Below, in pieces: positions 37,605-47,076 of a DNA stretch of 56,778 nt. Numbering within the stretch: position 1 is the stretch's first letter; every line of letters begins with the position of its first letter. The stretch is from IMG/VR virus record IMGVR_UViG_3300020027_000010, positions 1-56,778 of that record, one strand, 5' to 3'. The position numbers and the translations under genes are program-made. Origin of the DNA: a virus (taxonomy: Duplodnaviria; Caudoviricetes). Under the pieces are notes generated by a model. That model had not been told where the DNA came from. It did no database searches and saw only the letters and a program-made list of their open reading frames with translations.

Positions 37605-38344
37605 TGAAACTGACTGTAATAAATAGCAATAGTGCAGGGAATGCGTACACCCTGGAAACCGAAACAGAGATCTTGCTCATTGAATGCGGTGTAGACTTCA
37701 AGCTTATTCAGAAGACGGTCGGGTTTAATCTGAACAAGATCGTGGGATGCCTGGTGAGCCATGAACACCAGGACCACTGCAAAGCAGCGGAGGCAATCGC
37801 TAAGAGAGGAATAGCCGTCTATGCTTCTGCTGGAACGATCAGCGAGCTTGGATTCAAACATCATTGCCTAAAACCAATCAAAGCGCATGAGGCTTTCAAC
37901 CTTGGATCCTTCAGGATCTTACCCTTTGATGTGAAGCATGATTGTAAAGAGCCGCTCTGCTTTTTGATCGAACATCCTGAGTCAGGATTGATTCTCTTTC
38001 TCACGGACAGTTACTACGTGGAATACACTTTCGAAGGATTGAATAATGTGATTGTGGAAGCGAACTACTGTCAGACGATCGTGGATCGCAAAGTGTTCGA
38101 AGGTGTTTCTCCGCGGTTTCTTCGGAACAGAGTACTGCAATCCCATATGTCCATTAAGACGTGTAAGGAGTTCCTGCAGGCTAACGATCTCTCTCAGGTG
38201 AACAATATCGTCCTTATCCATCTCAGCGACAGCAACAGCGATGCAAAGCGCTTCCAGCGGGAAGTGATGGAACTGACCGGAAAGAATGTGCATGTGGCCG
38301 AACCCGGATTAACCATTAACCATTTCAATAAACAACCATTTTAA
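37604..38344 (+). CDS. MBL-fold metallo-hydrolase (probable exonuclease partner of RecT)
   Basis: SNSAGN, SHEHQDH, VEANY, SHMS, LIHLSD. Confidence 0.9.
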   Translation: MKLTVINSNSAGNAYTLETETEILLIECGVDFKLIQKTVGFNLNKIVGCLVSHEHQDHCKAAEAIAKRGIAVYASAGTISELGFKHHCLKPIKAHEAFNLGSFRILPFDVKHDCKEPLCFLIEHPESGLILFLTDSYYVEYTFEGLNNVIVEANYCQTIVDRKVFEGVSPRFLRNRVLQSHMSIKTCKEFLQANDLSQVNNIVLIHLSDSNSDAKRFQREVMELTGKNVHVAEPGLTINHFNKQPF

Positions 38345-38361
38345 CCCATAAAAATTCTGTC

Positions 38362-38943
38362 ATGAACTTCATAATATTCGACGTCGAGACAACAGGGAGG
38401 CCGACCCGGGAACATCCAGTCACCCGTATGATTTCACTGGCCTGGACCGTCGCAGATATCTCTGGGAACATGATCAGCAACCATTATTATTTGATCAGGC
38501 CAGATGGCTGGAGCATCCCTAAAGATTCTTTTTGGGCGGATCACGGCTACACCCAAGCCGATAGTCTGGCCAAAGGTAAAAGCGCCGTCGAAGTACTAAA
38601 ACTGTTCCTGGGAGATCTTCAGTCATCGAGTTATCAAATTGCACACAACATCGCCTACGACATCAGGATAATTAATGCCGAGATCGATTACGCGAAAATC
38701 CAGTTCGAAAAGGCCTTGAATAGGATATGTACCATGTATTCCAGCAGCAGGTATTGCAATTTGAAAAATGCAAAAGGCGGCCTGAAGCCTCCGACGTTAT
38801 CAGAATTGTATTCGTTTTTGTTCAAAAAGGAACTGGAGAATGCACATCATGCAGGCCACGATGTAAATAATTGCAAAGACATATTCTTCGAGCTGATGAG
38901 GCTCGGAATCATCAGAATCAATAGTGAAGAAATACTTGTGTGA
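38362..38943 (+). CDS. DEDDh 3'-5' exonuclease
   Basis: FDVETTG, AHNIAYD, AHHAGHDV. Confidence 0.9.
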   Translation: MNFIIFDVETTGRPTREHPVTRMISLAWTVADISGNMISNHYYLIRPDGWSIPKDSFWADHGYTQADSLAKGKSAVEVLKLFLGDLQSSSYQIAHNIAYDIRIINAEIDYAKIQFEKALNRICTMYSSSRYCNLKNAKGGLKPPTLSELYSFLFKKELENAHHAGHDVNNCKDIFFELMRLGIIRINSEEILV

Positions 38944-39236
38944 AAGAGCAGGATCAATACTTCCTGGGCCGTGACATCTATTCCATCGTGAGAAAGGGAA
39001 GGCTATATGGAAGCAAAGGAGATCGGGTAACTGTTCAATGGAGGAGCGGTCACGTTTGTTGCGTGGTCAGCGAAAATGGGTACCGCTTCCCTGTTGTCCA
39101 GGAAGACCTTGTCCTGAAAGTTGAAATCCAACCACCGAAAGAAGAACCACCATCCATCCTACCAAAAGTACCACTCAAAAAGATCCGGAAAACGAATGCT
39201 CATCGACCATTAGATGATTCATTATCCCTTTTTTAA
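38940..39236 (+). CDS. Hypothetical protein
   Basis: 98 aa ORF within the operon. Confidence 0.55.
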   Translation: MKEQDQYFLGRDIYSIVRKGRLYGSKGDRVTVQWRSGHVCCVVSENGYRFPVVQEDLVLKVEIQPPKEEPPSILPKVPLKKIRKTNAHRPLDDSLSLF

Positions 39237-39259
39237 GTCATCAATCTTAAAAAAGTTAT

Positions 39260-39850
39260 ATGGGCCAAGTTTCTATTCAAAAAGTCAAGCTGATCAAAGG
39301 AGAACGGCTTGCAGTCAGCTATGAAGTAACTCACGCTGATAAATCTCACTCATCGCTCTCTGAAGAAAGAGACACGCTCGCTCACTCCGATCTAAAAGCA
39401 GCCATTCAAAGCCTCGCCCTCCACCTGGCTGTAATCACCGACCAGGTGACCGTCAGGACCAGCAAAGCTGAAGGCGCCCTTGATCCTTTCATCGTCACTG
39501 GCTATTCACGCGCAGGCGCTGATGAGGGTGAAGGTGTAACTATTACCGGTTACAAACTTTTACCCAACGGACAGGCATTCAACTTCAACGCTCCATTCAC
39601 ACGCCTGGATCCCGGAGACTCTGGCGGTTATTATTTTCTCACCAAGTTAGTTGCAGACCTCGAGCTGGCCGACACAGAAGTGCTGGCTTACCTCGATGGT
39701 TCCAAGAAGGCTCCAGATCCTCAGCTGCAGTTATTTCCAGAGGAAGGTTCAACAAATCAAAGCCAGTCGGATGCGGATGACACCGATGAGATAGAAGACG
39801 AACCGAAGAGGCCAGCCAAAAAAAGAGGACGTCCCAAAAAAGATTCCTGA
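39260..39850 (+). CDS. Hypothetical protein (Bacteroidota phage type)
   Basis: HSDL...LHLA...VTGYS...GVTITG...NAPF pattern. Confidence 0.65.
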   Translation: MGQVSIQKVKLIKGERLAVSYEVTHADKSHSSLSEERDTLAHSDLKAAIQSLALHLAVITDQVTVRTSKAEGALDPFIVTGYSRAGADEGEGVTITGYKLLPNGQAFNFNAPFTRLDPGDSGGYYFLTKLVADLELADTEVLAYLDGSKKAPDPQLQLFPEEGSTNQSQSDADDTDEIEDEPKRPAKKRGRPKKDS

Positions 39851-39852
39851 TC

Positions 39853-40125
39853 ATGACTCCGACACAAAAAGAACTGATTGACTATCTCTTGGAAGGAATG
39901 TACCTGATGCAGAAAGTTCGTGCAAACGGATCCTCAGCATACAAAGTATATAAGGGCAACCAGATACCGGTCAGGTATTTCTCAACGGACACAGTGGCCT
40001 TTCTTAGAAATGGTTTGCTCAAAACAGACAAGCGACGCCGAATGACCCTTAACCTCAGCCGAGTGCGGATGCTCCACGGCGGATCATGGATCAAGAAACG
40101 CTACTACTCATTAAAATCAAAATAA
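39853..40125 (+). CDS. Hypothetical basic protein
   Basis: 90 aa ORF within the operon. Confidence 0.55.
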   Translation: MTPTQKELIDYLLEGMYLMQKVRANGSSAYKVYKGNQIPVRYFSTDTVAFLRNGLLKTDKRRRMTLNLSRVRMLHGGSWIKKRYYSLKSK

Positions 40126-40129
40126 CATC

Positions 40130-40534
40130 ATGGGCCTCAAAATCTTCAACGCCGAAACCTCTCCAAGAAGCCGAATGTCCAGTACCGAACCTGGTATCGG
40201 CATCGATTACAAATCCGGTTCATTCCGGTTCAATAAATCCGGTGCCGATCTGCTGGGATTAAAAAAAGACTCCCAGGTTCAATTTGCCCAGGATGACGAG
40301 GATCCAAAGAAATGGTTCATCACTGTTCCCAAAGAGAGCGGCTTCATGATAAGGATCAAAAGTAATGGCTCGTTCATATTCTCCAATGCGGGAGTAGCTC
40401 GTGAAATACTGGCTAGTGGTGGAGCTCCGGCCGAAAAGAGCGGCCGAATAATTCTGTTGGCTAAGTCCATTAAAATGGGAGGCCTTGTATGGTGGCCCCT
40501 GGATCTCTCTCAGCTCAAGAAACGCAAGCAATGA
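40130..40534 (+). CDS. Hypothetical protein
   Basis: 134 aa ORF within the operon. Confidence 0.6.
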   Translation: MGLKIFNAETSPRSRMSSTEPGIGIDYKSGSFRFNKSGADLLGLKKDSQVQFAQDDEDPKKWFITVPKESGFMIRIKSNGSFIFSNAGVAREILASGGAPAEKSGRIILLAKSIKMGGLVWWPLDLSQLKKRKQ

Positions 40535-41034
40535 GAATTCACAATGCCCTCACCGAAAAACCGCAGACCGTCTGGACCGGAGTAATGCTGATCATCCTAA
40601 AGGAGAACTATGAATCCATGACGGACCTCGAGCTGGGCAATACGATCGGCGTCAGTAAAGGATCTGTACGTCAGAAGATGTTCGAGCTCGGAATTCGCCG
40701 GCCATTTGTCCCGAAGCCTAAGGCGCCGCGTAAGCTGCCACAGAAGACGATCGAACAGCAGGCAGCCCACCAGAAGAAAAAAGAGGCTGAAAAGGTGAAC
40801 CGGACGAACGAGCAGATCAAGTCTCAAAGCAGGATGAGGGAGAATGCGCTGAAGGTGACCTCCAGGCAAGTCGACTACACGCAAAAGAGAATGATCAAGG
40901 TCGATGGTAAGACCTGGATCTATGTCGATGGTAAGACCTGGATCTATGTCGAGCCTGGCCAGGATGAGGATGCCTTAAAGAAAAAATATACAAGAACTTA
41001 TTCGAAAGGACAACTGGACAAAATCGCATACTGA
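40531..41034 (+). CDS. HTH-containing hypothetical protein
   Basis: LKENYESMTDLELGNTIGVSKGSVRQK. Confidence 0.6.
   Translation: MRIHNALTEKPQTVWTGVMLIILKENYESMTDLELGNTIGVSKGSVRQKMFELGIRRPFVPKPKAPRKLPQKTIEQQAAHQKKKEAEKVNRTNEQIKSQSRMRENALKVTSRQVDYTQKRMIKVDGKTWIYVDGKTWIYVEPGQDEDALKKKYTRTYSKGQLDKIAY
40900..40952 (+). repeat. Perfect 24-bp tandem duplication
   Basis: GTCGATGGTAAGACCTGGATCTAT twice plus GTCGA; encodes VDGKTWIY twice. Confidence 0.95.
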
Positions 41035-42731
41035 TGACCATCACCGAAACTTCCAAAGGGTTTGAAATATCCTTTCCGTACGACCACACCAAGGTTGCCG
41101 CCATTAAAAATATTCCAGGTGCCTGGTTTAACAGTACCATGAGAACATGGAATGTTCCACGTCACCGCAGCCGGGAAATTGACAATCTGAAGCGTCGCTT
41201 TGGTGTCAGCACCCTCAGGAGTGCTGAGGTGATGCTGGAAGAACAGTATGACCAGATTCCTGAATTGCCTGCACTAACTATGGATCTTAAGTCTGTAGGC
41301 CTTATTCGTCCGCTATTCTCTTTCCAGGAGCCTGGCGTCGCATATTGTCTGGAGAAGAAGAAAACAATCATTGGCGACCAAATGGGCCTGGGCAAAACCA
41401 GTCAGGCAATTGCAGCGGTATTGGCATCTCAAAATTTCCCATGCCTGGTTATTTGCCCTTCCACCCTTAAACTCAACTGGCAGAAAGAATGGAATGACGT
41501 TGCCGGTCGACGGGCTTTGCTACTCAATGACAAAGTGAAAAACACCTGGCAAAAATATCAGGAGGCCGGATTCATTGATGTATTTATCGTCAATTTCGAA
41601 AGCCTGAAAAAATACTTTGTCGCTGCAATCCGAAAAGAGAAAGACGAATCCCTGAAACTAAGGCACATCATCTTCAAGGAGGCGTCAAAGATGTTTAAAT
41701 CGGTCCTAATCGATGAGAGTCACCGGTGCAAGGATGGGACGACACAGCAGGCAAAATTTGTTATGGGTCTCACCAAAAACCGTGAAATGGTTTTGGAACT
41801 CACAGGTACCCCGCTCGTTAATAAACCAAAGGATCTAATCCCTCAGCTCATCATCCTGGACAAACTGCAGGAGATGGTATCACACCTGCCTGATATCACC
41901 GGTAAGGACAAGAGTGGCTATCGCAGATTTCTCGATAGATACTGTGAAGGTGGCAGTGGAGCTGCGCACCTGAAAGAATTGAATTACCGACTGAACAAGA
42001 TCTGTTTTTACCGCAGAGAAAAGTCTGAAGTCCTGAAAGATCTCCCGCCCAAATCCCGAAATGTGATCTTATGTGATATCACCAACCGGGAGGAATATGA
42101 CAAAGCCGAAAATGAATTTGTAAAGTACTTGAGGGAAATAAAAGGTTGTGACGAAGCCACCATCCGAAGAAAACTTCGCGGAGAAGTGATGGTGCAAATG
42201 GGCATTTTAAAACAGATCTCCGCCCGCGGCAAAATGGAAGCCGTCCGCGAGCATGTGGAGGAGGTGCTGGAAAATGGAGAGAAGCTCATCCTGTTCTGTC
42301 ACCTCAGAGAGATCGTTGCAAATCTCAAATCCTACTACCCTGATGCGGTGACCATCACCGGCAGTGATACCATGGAGTCAAGGCAGTTATCTGTAGACCG
42401 CTTCCAAAAGGATCCAAAGGTGAGCCTAATTATCTGCAGCCTGACAGCAGCAGGGGTCGGTATCACGCTGACAGCAGCTTCCCGTGTTTCATTTGTGGAG
42501 TTTCCCTGGACGTTTGCCCTATGCGAACAGGCCGAGGATCGTGCCCACAGGATCGGCCAGCACGATAACGTCACCTGCAACTACTTCTTGGGTGAGAATA
42601 CGATCGATCGTTTCTGTTATTATGACATTATTCAAAAAAAGAAAAGCATTGCGCAGGCAGTAACCGGCGCCAGTGATGATGTACATGAAGAGATTATAGA
42701 CCAATTGCTTAATCTGTTCAATCAGAAGTGA
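41034..42731 (+). CDS. SNF2-family helicase with N-terminal HARP-like domain
   Basis: DQMGLGKT, IDESH, LTGTP, AGVGITLT, QAEDRAHRIGQ; FPYD...IPGAWFN...WNVP at the N-terminus. Confidence 0.92.
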   Translation: MTITETSKGFEISFPYDHTKVAAIKNIPGAWFNSTMRTWNVPRHRSREIDNLKRRFGVSTLRSAEVMLEEQYDQIPELPALTMDLKSVGLIRPLFSFQEPGVAYCLEKKKTIIGDQMGLGKTSQAIAAVLASQNFPCLVICPSTLKLNWQKEWNDVAGRRALLLNDKVKNTWQKYQEAGFIDVFIVNFESLKKYFVAAIRKEKDESLKLRHIIFKEASKMFKSVLIDESHRCKDGTTQQAKFVMGLTKNREMVLELTGTPLVNKPKDLIPQLIILDKLQEMVSHLPDITGKDKSGYRRFLDRYCEGGSGAAHLKELNYRLNKICFYRREKSEVLKDLPPKSRNVILCDITNREEYDKAENEFVKYLREIKGCDEATIRRKLRGEVMVQMGILKQISARGKMEAVREHVEEVLENGEKLILFCHLREIVANLKSYYPDAVTITGSDTMESRQLSVDRFQKDPKVSLIICSLTAAGVGITLTAASRVSFVEFPWTFALCEQAEDRAHRIGQHDNVTCNYFLGENTIDRFCYYDIIQKKKSIAQAVTGASDDVHEEIIDQLLNLFNQK

Positions 42732-43075
42732 TGGAAGAAACAATTTTAGAATGTCGGATCAGCGTGGGATCAATACGCCTCCTCAAGCTGTATCGAAGCA
42801 GGATGATCTTCGGAAAGGAGTTCAAAAAGCTCTTTCGAAACATTTCATGCGGCTATGCAGCCCGTCCCGATGTCCGCGAGTTTGTTCTCTGCAGAGACAA
42901 TCACCAATGCCGGAACTGCTGTTCCTCCACCGATCTGCAAATAGATCATATCATTCCGGTGGCTTCAGCGACTCAATGGAAATATCAACATATCAACACC
43001 TTGGAAAATCTCCAGGTGCTCTGTAAATCCTGTAACATATCCAAAATCGATCACAGAGATGGCCAGGCCCGTTAA
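42728..43075 (+). CDS. HNH endonuclease
   Basis: RD..QCRNC...LQIDHIIP...ENLQVLCKSCN. Confidence 0.88.
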   Translation: MMEETILECRISVGSIRLLKLYRSRMIFGKEFKKLFRNISCGYAARPDVREFVLCRDNHQCRNCCSSTDLQIDHIIPVASATQWKYQHINTLENLQVLCKSCNISKIDHRDGQAR

Positions 43076-44273
43076 AAAAGGATTGAAATATTTCAACATC
43101 GACTGCGTCCAGGAAGATAACCTGAACTACGTCGAGGCCAAGCATGGCATCCAGGGATACGGGATCCTGGTAAAGCTCTGGCGGAAAATATATATGGTTG
43201 AAGGGTACTACACTGAATGGAACGAAAAGAATCTGTTTCTCTTCTCACGTGAAATCGGGGTCGGTACTGACCTGATCACTGAGGTTGTGAACAGCTGTTT
43301 CCAGGAAGGCATTTTCGACAAACCGATGTTCCAGGAACATCAGATTCTGACCTCACGCGGCATCCAGAGAAGGTTCATTAAAATCGTAACGGAAGCCAAG
43401 AGGAAGGACCATGAAATTGTCGAAAAATACCTGATTTCAGAGTTAACTCCCGAAAATCATGAGTTTCCTCCGGAAGAAACCCCGAAAATTCCGGAATTAA
43501 GTACACAAAAGAAAAGAAAGGAAAGAAAAGTAAAGGAAAAAAAGAATTCTAGCGGAGCTGTGCCGGCAAAGCCGACACGGGCAAAAAAAGTTGTTAAAGA
43601 AAAAATTCCTGAACCGTATTGGCAGGAGCTCGTGGATGTCTACTTCGAATTCGTCAAAGAAAAATTTGTTGATCCCCCGCTGTTCGCCGACCAGGATCCA
43701 AAACATTTCAAAGCTGTACTGCAAAAACTGAAAAAACGGGCTGCCGATCAAAAAAAACATTGGACTGCGGAGACGGCGCCAGCAAGACTGCGCGTCTTTC
43801 TAAACCACGCTTTTAGCGATCCGTGGCTGGCTAAGCATTTTTTGCTAAAAAACCTTAACGAAAAGTTTGAAGCGATTGGCCGGGATGTCGAGAAAATATC
43901 AGCCCTGGTCAAACAGCAAACGTCTATGGATCCCGAGACAGAAATCCAGCAGCTCTATGAGCGCTTCCAAAACGGAAAACCCAATGAGCTCTGCATTGCA
44001 GAAGCACACTACGACTTCCTGAAATTGAAAGGCATGGTCAGAACCAACAAAGGTCACCTGCAGCAAGGTTACGATCGTCGCATGAAAAGCTTAACGGGCA
44101 GCAACCAGGCAAAGGATCTTCGGCTACTGCAGGACTACCAGATAGACTCAAAAGCAGCATCAGCAACTGATCCCGAATTCCCGAAAACCGTGAAGCGAAT
44201 TGTGGTACTCGAGTACTTCTACCTGCTGGAAAAAGACAATATCAAAACCGTATTCCATGAACAAGCAGTATAA
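43059..44273 (+). CDS. Replication initiator (DUF4373-like N-terminus)
   Basis: MARPVKKGLKYF...G.GILV...ILTSRGIQRRF, followed by a Lys-rich linker. Confidence 0.8.
   Translation: MARPVKKGLKYFNIDCVQEDNLNYVEAKHGIQGYGILVKLWRKIYMVEGYYTEWNEKNLFLFSREIGVGTDLITEVVNSCFQEGIFDKPMFQEHQILTSRGIQRRFIKIVTEAKRKDHEIVEKYLISELTPENHEFPPEETPKIPELSTQKKRKERKVKEKKNSSGAVPAKPTRAKKVVKEKIPEPYWQELVDVYFEFVKEKFVDPPLFADQDPKHFKAVLQKLKKRAADQKKHWTAETAPARLRVFLNHAFSDPWLAKHFLLKNLNEKFEAIGRDVEKISALVKQQTSMDPETEIQQLYERFQNGKPNELCIAEAHYDFLKLKGMVRTNKGHLQQGYDRRMKSLTGSNQAKDLRLLQDYQIDSKAASATDPEFPKTVKRIVVLEYFYLLEKDNIKTVFHEQAV
43440..43546. other. Putative replication origin within the initiator gene
   Basis: CCCGAAAAT twice and TCCGGAA twice, followed by a strand-biased AAAG-repeat tract. 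Confidence 0.5.
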
Positions 44274-44685
44274 AATCCTGATCGGTATCGATCCCGGCGT
44301 CAATACGGGCCTGGCGGTATATAGCCGGCCACTCAGAAAACTCGTCAACATTCGAACCGTGTCGATACTCAAAGCGATGGCCATGATCAAGAGTGACCAG
44401 ATGATCCCGCTGCTCCGTCAGAATCTGGTCTTCGTGAGGATAGAGGATCCGCGCCAGGTTAAATACAAAACAGATCCTGAAAAAGCGCAAGGAGCAGGTT
44501 CTGTGAAGCGTGACGCCGCAATCTGGGAAGAATTCTGCACTAACGAAGGAATTCCCTTTGAAATGGTCCGCCCGAACAAACGACTCACCAAATTCACAGC
44601 AGAACGGTTTGAACAATATACCGGCTGGAAAGAAAAAACAAGTACCCATGGACGTGATGCCAGCCTTCTTGTCTTTGGCTTTTAA
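44257..44685 (+). CDS. RuvC-like/RNase H-fold nuclease (putative Holliday junction resolvase)
   Basis: IGIDPGVNTGLA, VRIED, HGRDA. Confidence 0.8.
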   Translation: MNKQYKILIGIDPGVNTGLAVYSRPLRKLVNIRTVSILKAMAMIKSDQMIPLLRQNLVFVRIEDPRQVKYKTDPEKAQGAGSVKRDAAIWEEFCTNEGIPFEMVRPNKRLTKFTAERFEQYTGWKEKTSTHGRDASLLVFGF

Positions 44686-44695
44686 CTCCAATCCA

Positions 44696-44989
44696 ATGAG
44701 AATAGATCTGATGATCAATGGGAAAACCGCACAGTCCTGGGATATCCCGGAGGATAACATCGACATGACGCAAGGCTGGGATATGCAGACCCGACATGAT
44801 CACCGCAAAGGTGTGATCAACCGCTGGGTCAAATCGATGAAAATCGCTTATGTCGATTTGTTGGTTCAGATGAAAGGTAAAGCCTGGTTCGAAGTAGTCC
44901 TGGGCAGCAAAGCAAACACCCTGGAGATATCCGAACAGGAGATGGAAGAATTTGAATTGTTAACTGAGCACATCATCAAACAACCATGA
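44696..44989 (+). CDS. Hypothetical protein
   Basis: ATG 44696; coupled to the next gene. Confidence 0.55.
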   Translation: MRIDLMINGKTAQSWDIPEDNIDMTQGWDMQTRHDHRKGVINRWVKSMKIAYVDLLVQMKGKAWFEVVLGSKANTLEISEQEMEEFELLTEHIIKQP

Positions 44990-45207
44990 GCACCCCCACC
45001 AAGGAAGAAATACTCCGCAAGCACCTCAGCGTTGACCACGCCCTGGATAGTGGGATGCACTTCACCCATGACCTTATTTACAAGGTTATGGACGAATGGG
45101 CCGAGATCGTATCCAAAGAACGAGAGAAGGCAGCGTATGATAAAGCCATTGATGATTTGACAAAGATTGCACTTCATCTTATAAAACTTAAATATGAATC
45201 CGAATAG
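44986..45207 (+). CDS. Hypothetical protein
   Basis: 73 aa ORF. Confidence 0.55.
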   Translation: MSTPTKEEILRKHLSVDHALDSGMHFTHDLIYKVMDEWAEIVSKEREKAAYDKAIDDLTKIALHLIKLKYESE

Positions 45208-45502
45208 CACAGAACAGAACCAAGCATGGGTAAATATTTCTCACCAGGACAATTGCCTTATAGTTGAGTTTACGAAAGGACAGGAACGATGGCTGGAGTT
45301 GATCGCGGAACATCTGCCGATTTTGGTAGCATCCGGAGAAACTGAAAACTTCGATCATGTTACAGAAGAGGGATCGGTATTTAAAAACTGTACCCGGTGT
45401 AGAATTAAATGCTTTCGCGATCAAGTTGATTTCTTTTTTGACGCAGCCCAAAAACTATTAAGGCAAAGCATACAAAAATCTATTAATCACACCGACAATT
45501 AA
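45194..45502 (+). CDS. Hypothetical protein
   Basis: 102 aa ORF. Confidence 0.5.
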   Translation: MNPNSTEQNQAWVNISHQDNCLIVEFTKGQERWLELIAEHLPILVASGETENFDHVTEEGSVFKNCTRCRIKCFRDQVDFFFDAAQKLLRQSIQKSINHTDN

Positions 45503-45509
45503 TACCAAA

Positions 45510-45971
45510 ATGAGCAATTCAAAACAGAACCAGCCGGGAGTTCCTCAGGAATTGATTGACAAGTGGTGGCAACAAGGGATTGATAATTTCCTTGACCCCG
45601 AAAGCTATGTTGAAGGCCGAAAGGCTACATTTCTTGAAATCGGAAATCCCACAACAAACACAGCAGGGGGGAAGCCGGATCTTTACAAGACAATTGGTGA
45701 TGCCTTTGATGCGGGTATGATTCGGGCGCAACATCTAGCAGACTGGATTCCGGATAAAGAAACTTACCTGAGTTCACTGCTATCCCACCCAGCGCAGCCT
45801 GAACCACAGGAAGGGGGAAAGGATGTAGCTATCCGGGACGCCTATGATGCAGGGATGAAAAGTAAGGCACAAACGTATCTGGAAATTAACACCCCGGAAA
45901 AACAGCAGGATGCAAATTTCAGGGAATCACAAAGACGTTTAAAATATTTTGAAGATTATGCGACAGACTAA
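45510..45971 (+). CDS. Hypothetical protein
   Basis: 153 aa; internal IxDAxDAGM repeat. Confidence 0.55.
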   Translation: MSNSKQNQPGVPQELIDKWWQQGIDNFLDPESYVEGRKATFLEIGNPTTNTAGGKPDLYKTIGDAFDAGMIRAQHLADWIPDKETYLSSLLSHPAQPEPQEGGKDVAIRDAYDAGMKSKAQTYLEINTPEKQQDANFRESQRRLKYFEDYATD

Positions 45972-46281
45972 CCCTTCCCTTCAATGTTCGGTTTGCGGCC
46001 AATGGAAAAGATTGGTTGACAAAGAAACTGGAATGCAACGATTTTATTCCTGCTGTTTTTATGAAGGAATTGAAATAGTTCATACCAAACAAATATGCAC
46101 TGACTGTTGTGAGGCCGGATGCCCGGACAAGGCAGCGTATTTATCTGAGCCCCAACCAGGGAAGCCGGAACCTGAAGCTAATCATGTCGGAACTTTCCAT
46201 TTCGACGATACCGATACAGGTTCCGGGACTTTTGCGCATCAAGCAAAAGTAATTTCCGGGCAACCAGAAGGGCAAGGCTAA
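45958..46281 (+). CDS. Cys-rich hypothetical protein
   Basis: CSVCG, SCC, CTDCCEAGC. Confidence 0.5.
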   Translation: MRQTNPSLQCSVCGQWKRLVDKETGMQRFYSCCFYEGIEIVHTKQICTDCCEAGCPDKAAYLSEPQPGKPEPEANHVGTFHFDDTDTGSGTFAHQAKVISGQPEGQG

Positions 46282-46457
46282 TGCGTCTTTAGCCACACCT
46301 TCACATCCTTGACCATTGGGCCAACTGCTTTGACTGCTTCTTTGAGTTTGGCTTCAGTGCAGCCAAGTTTTTGGGACCAGTCGCGAAGTTCCCAGGGTTG
46401 ATTCACATTAATGCGGATATCATCTTGCTTGCCGGTGTTTGAAAGGTCGTCTGCCAT
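46278..46457 (-). CDS. DUF3606-family small protein (absent from the ORF track)
   Basis: Manual translation: MADDLSNTGKQDDIRINVNQPWELRDWSQKLGCTEAKLKEAVKAVGPMVKDVKVWLKTH*. Confidence 0.85.
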   Translation of the reverse strand: MADDLSNTGKQDDIRINVNQPWELRDWSQKLGCTEAKLKEAVKAVGPMVKDVKVWLKTH

Positions 46458-47076
46458 AATCGTGAGGTTTCTCCGAATTTACCAAATCCTGTGAAAAAAG
46501 TGTGGATATTTCAGAAGGTGCAATCAGCCTGAGCCACCTCTTCCAATTACACTGAAAGGAATCCCAGTTGATAACCGGACTGTCCGATAGCGCTCCAACA
46601 AATCCAGGATCTCTCCACACCACAGTGCACCCATTATCAAAATCCACGGTGCGAAAATCAATGCCTGCGTATTCTCTCAGTGTGGAAGCGAATTTATATA
46701 CGTCCCCCAGCCATCGCCCTGCCTTATCCCTTGGCACATGGGTCAGCAGTTCACTTTCCGGATTGGTATCATGGATGAGGATCCGCCCACCCGGCTGCAA
46801 CGCTGCCAAACTATTTTCAAAATCCCGCTTCACCTGGTCAGCATGATGAAGGCCATCTATGAAAATTAAATCATACTTCAACACATTGATCTTAAAGAAC
46901 TCATCCGAGGTACCTTGATAATTCGCTTGAGCTGCCGGGTTAGGGTCTACTCCGATCTTAAAGCGGACATTGATCTTGTCAAAATTGGTTTGCCGGTTGC
47001 TCACGCCTATCTCCAGGTAGGACATGGCACCAATCTCGGCAGCCAGATGATTCAGTAAATCAGTATGGTTGTTCAT
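46420..47076 (-). CDS. Class I SAM-dependent methyltransferase (Methyltransf_24-like)
   Basis: SYLEIGV, IGVDP, TSDEFF, DLIFIDGLH, GGRILIHD. Confidence 0.9.
   Translation of the reverse strand: MNNHTDLLNHLAAEIGAMSYLEIGVSNRQTNFDKINVRFKIGVDPNPAAQANYQGTSDEFFKINVLKYDLIFIDGLHHADQVKRDFENSLAALQPGGRILIHDTNPESELLTHVPRDKAGRWLGDVYKFASTLREYAGIDFRTVDFDNGCTVVWRDPGFVGALSDSPVINWDSFQCNWKRWLRLIAPSEISTLFSQDLVNSEKPHDYGRRPFKHRQAR

Noticed and set aside
41153-41162. Second parS site (TGTTCCACGT)
   Set aside because: Only a half-site; the right arm does not match.
46420-47076. DNA methyltransferase
   Set aside because: It lacks DPPY/NPPY or PC catalytic motifs; FIDGLH marks a small-molecule or glycan methyltransferase.
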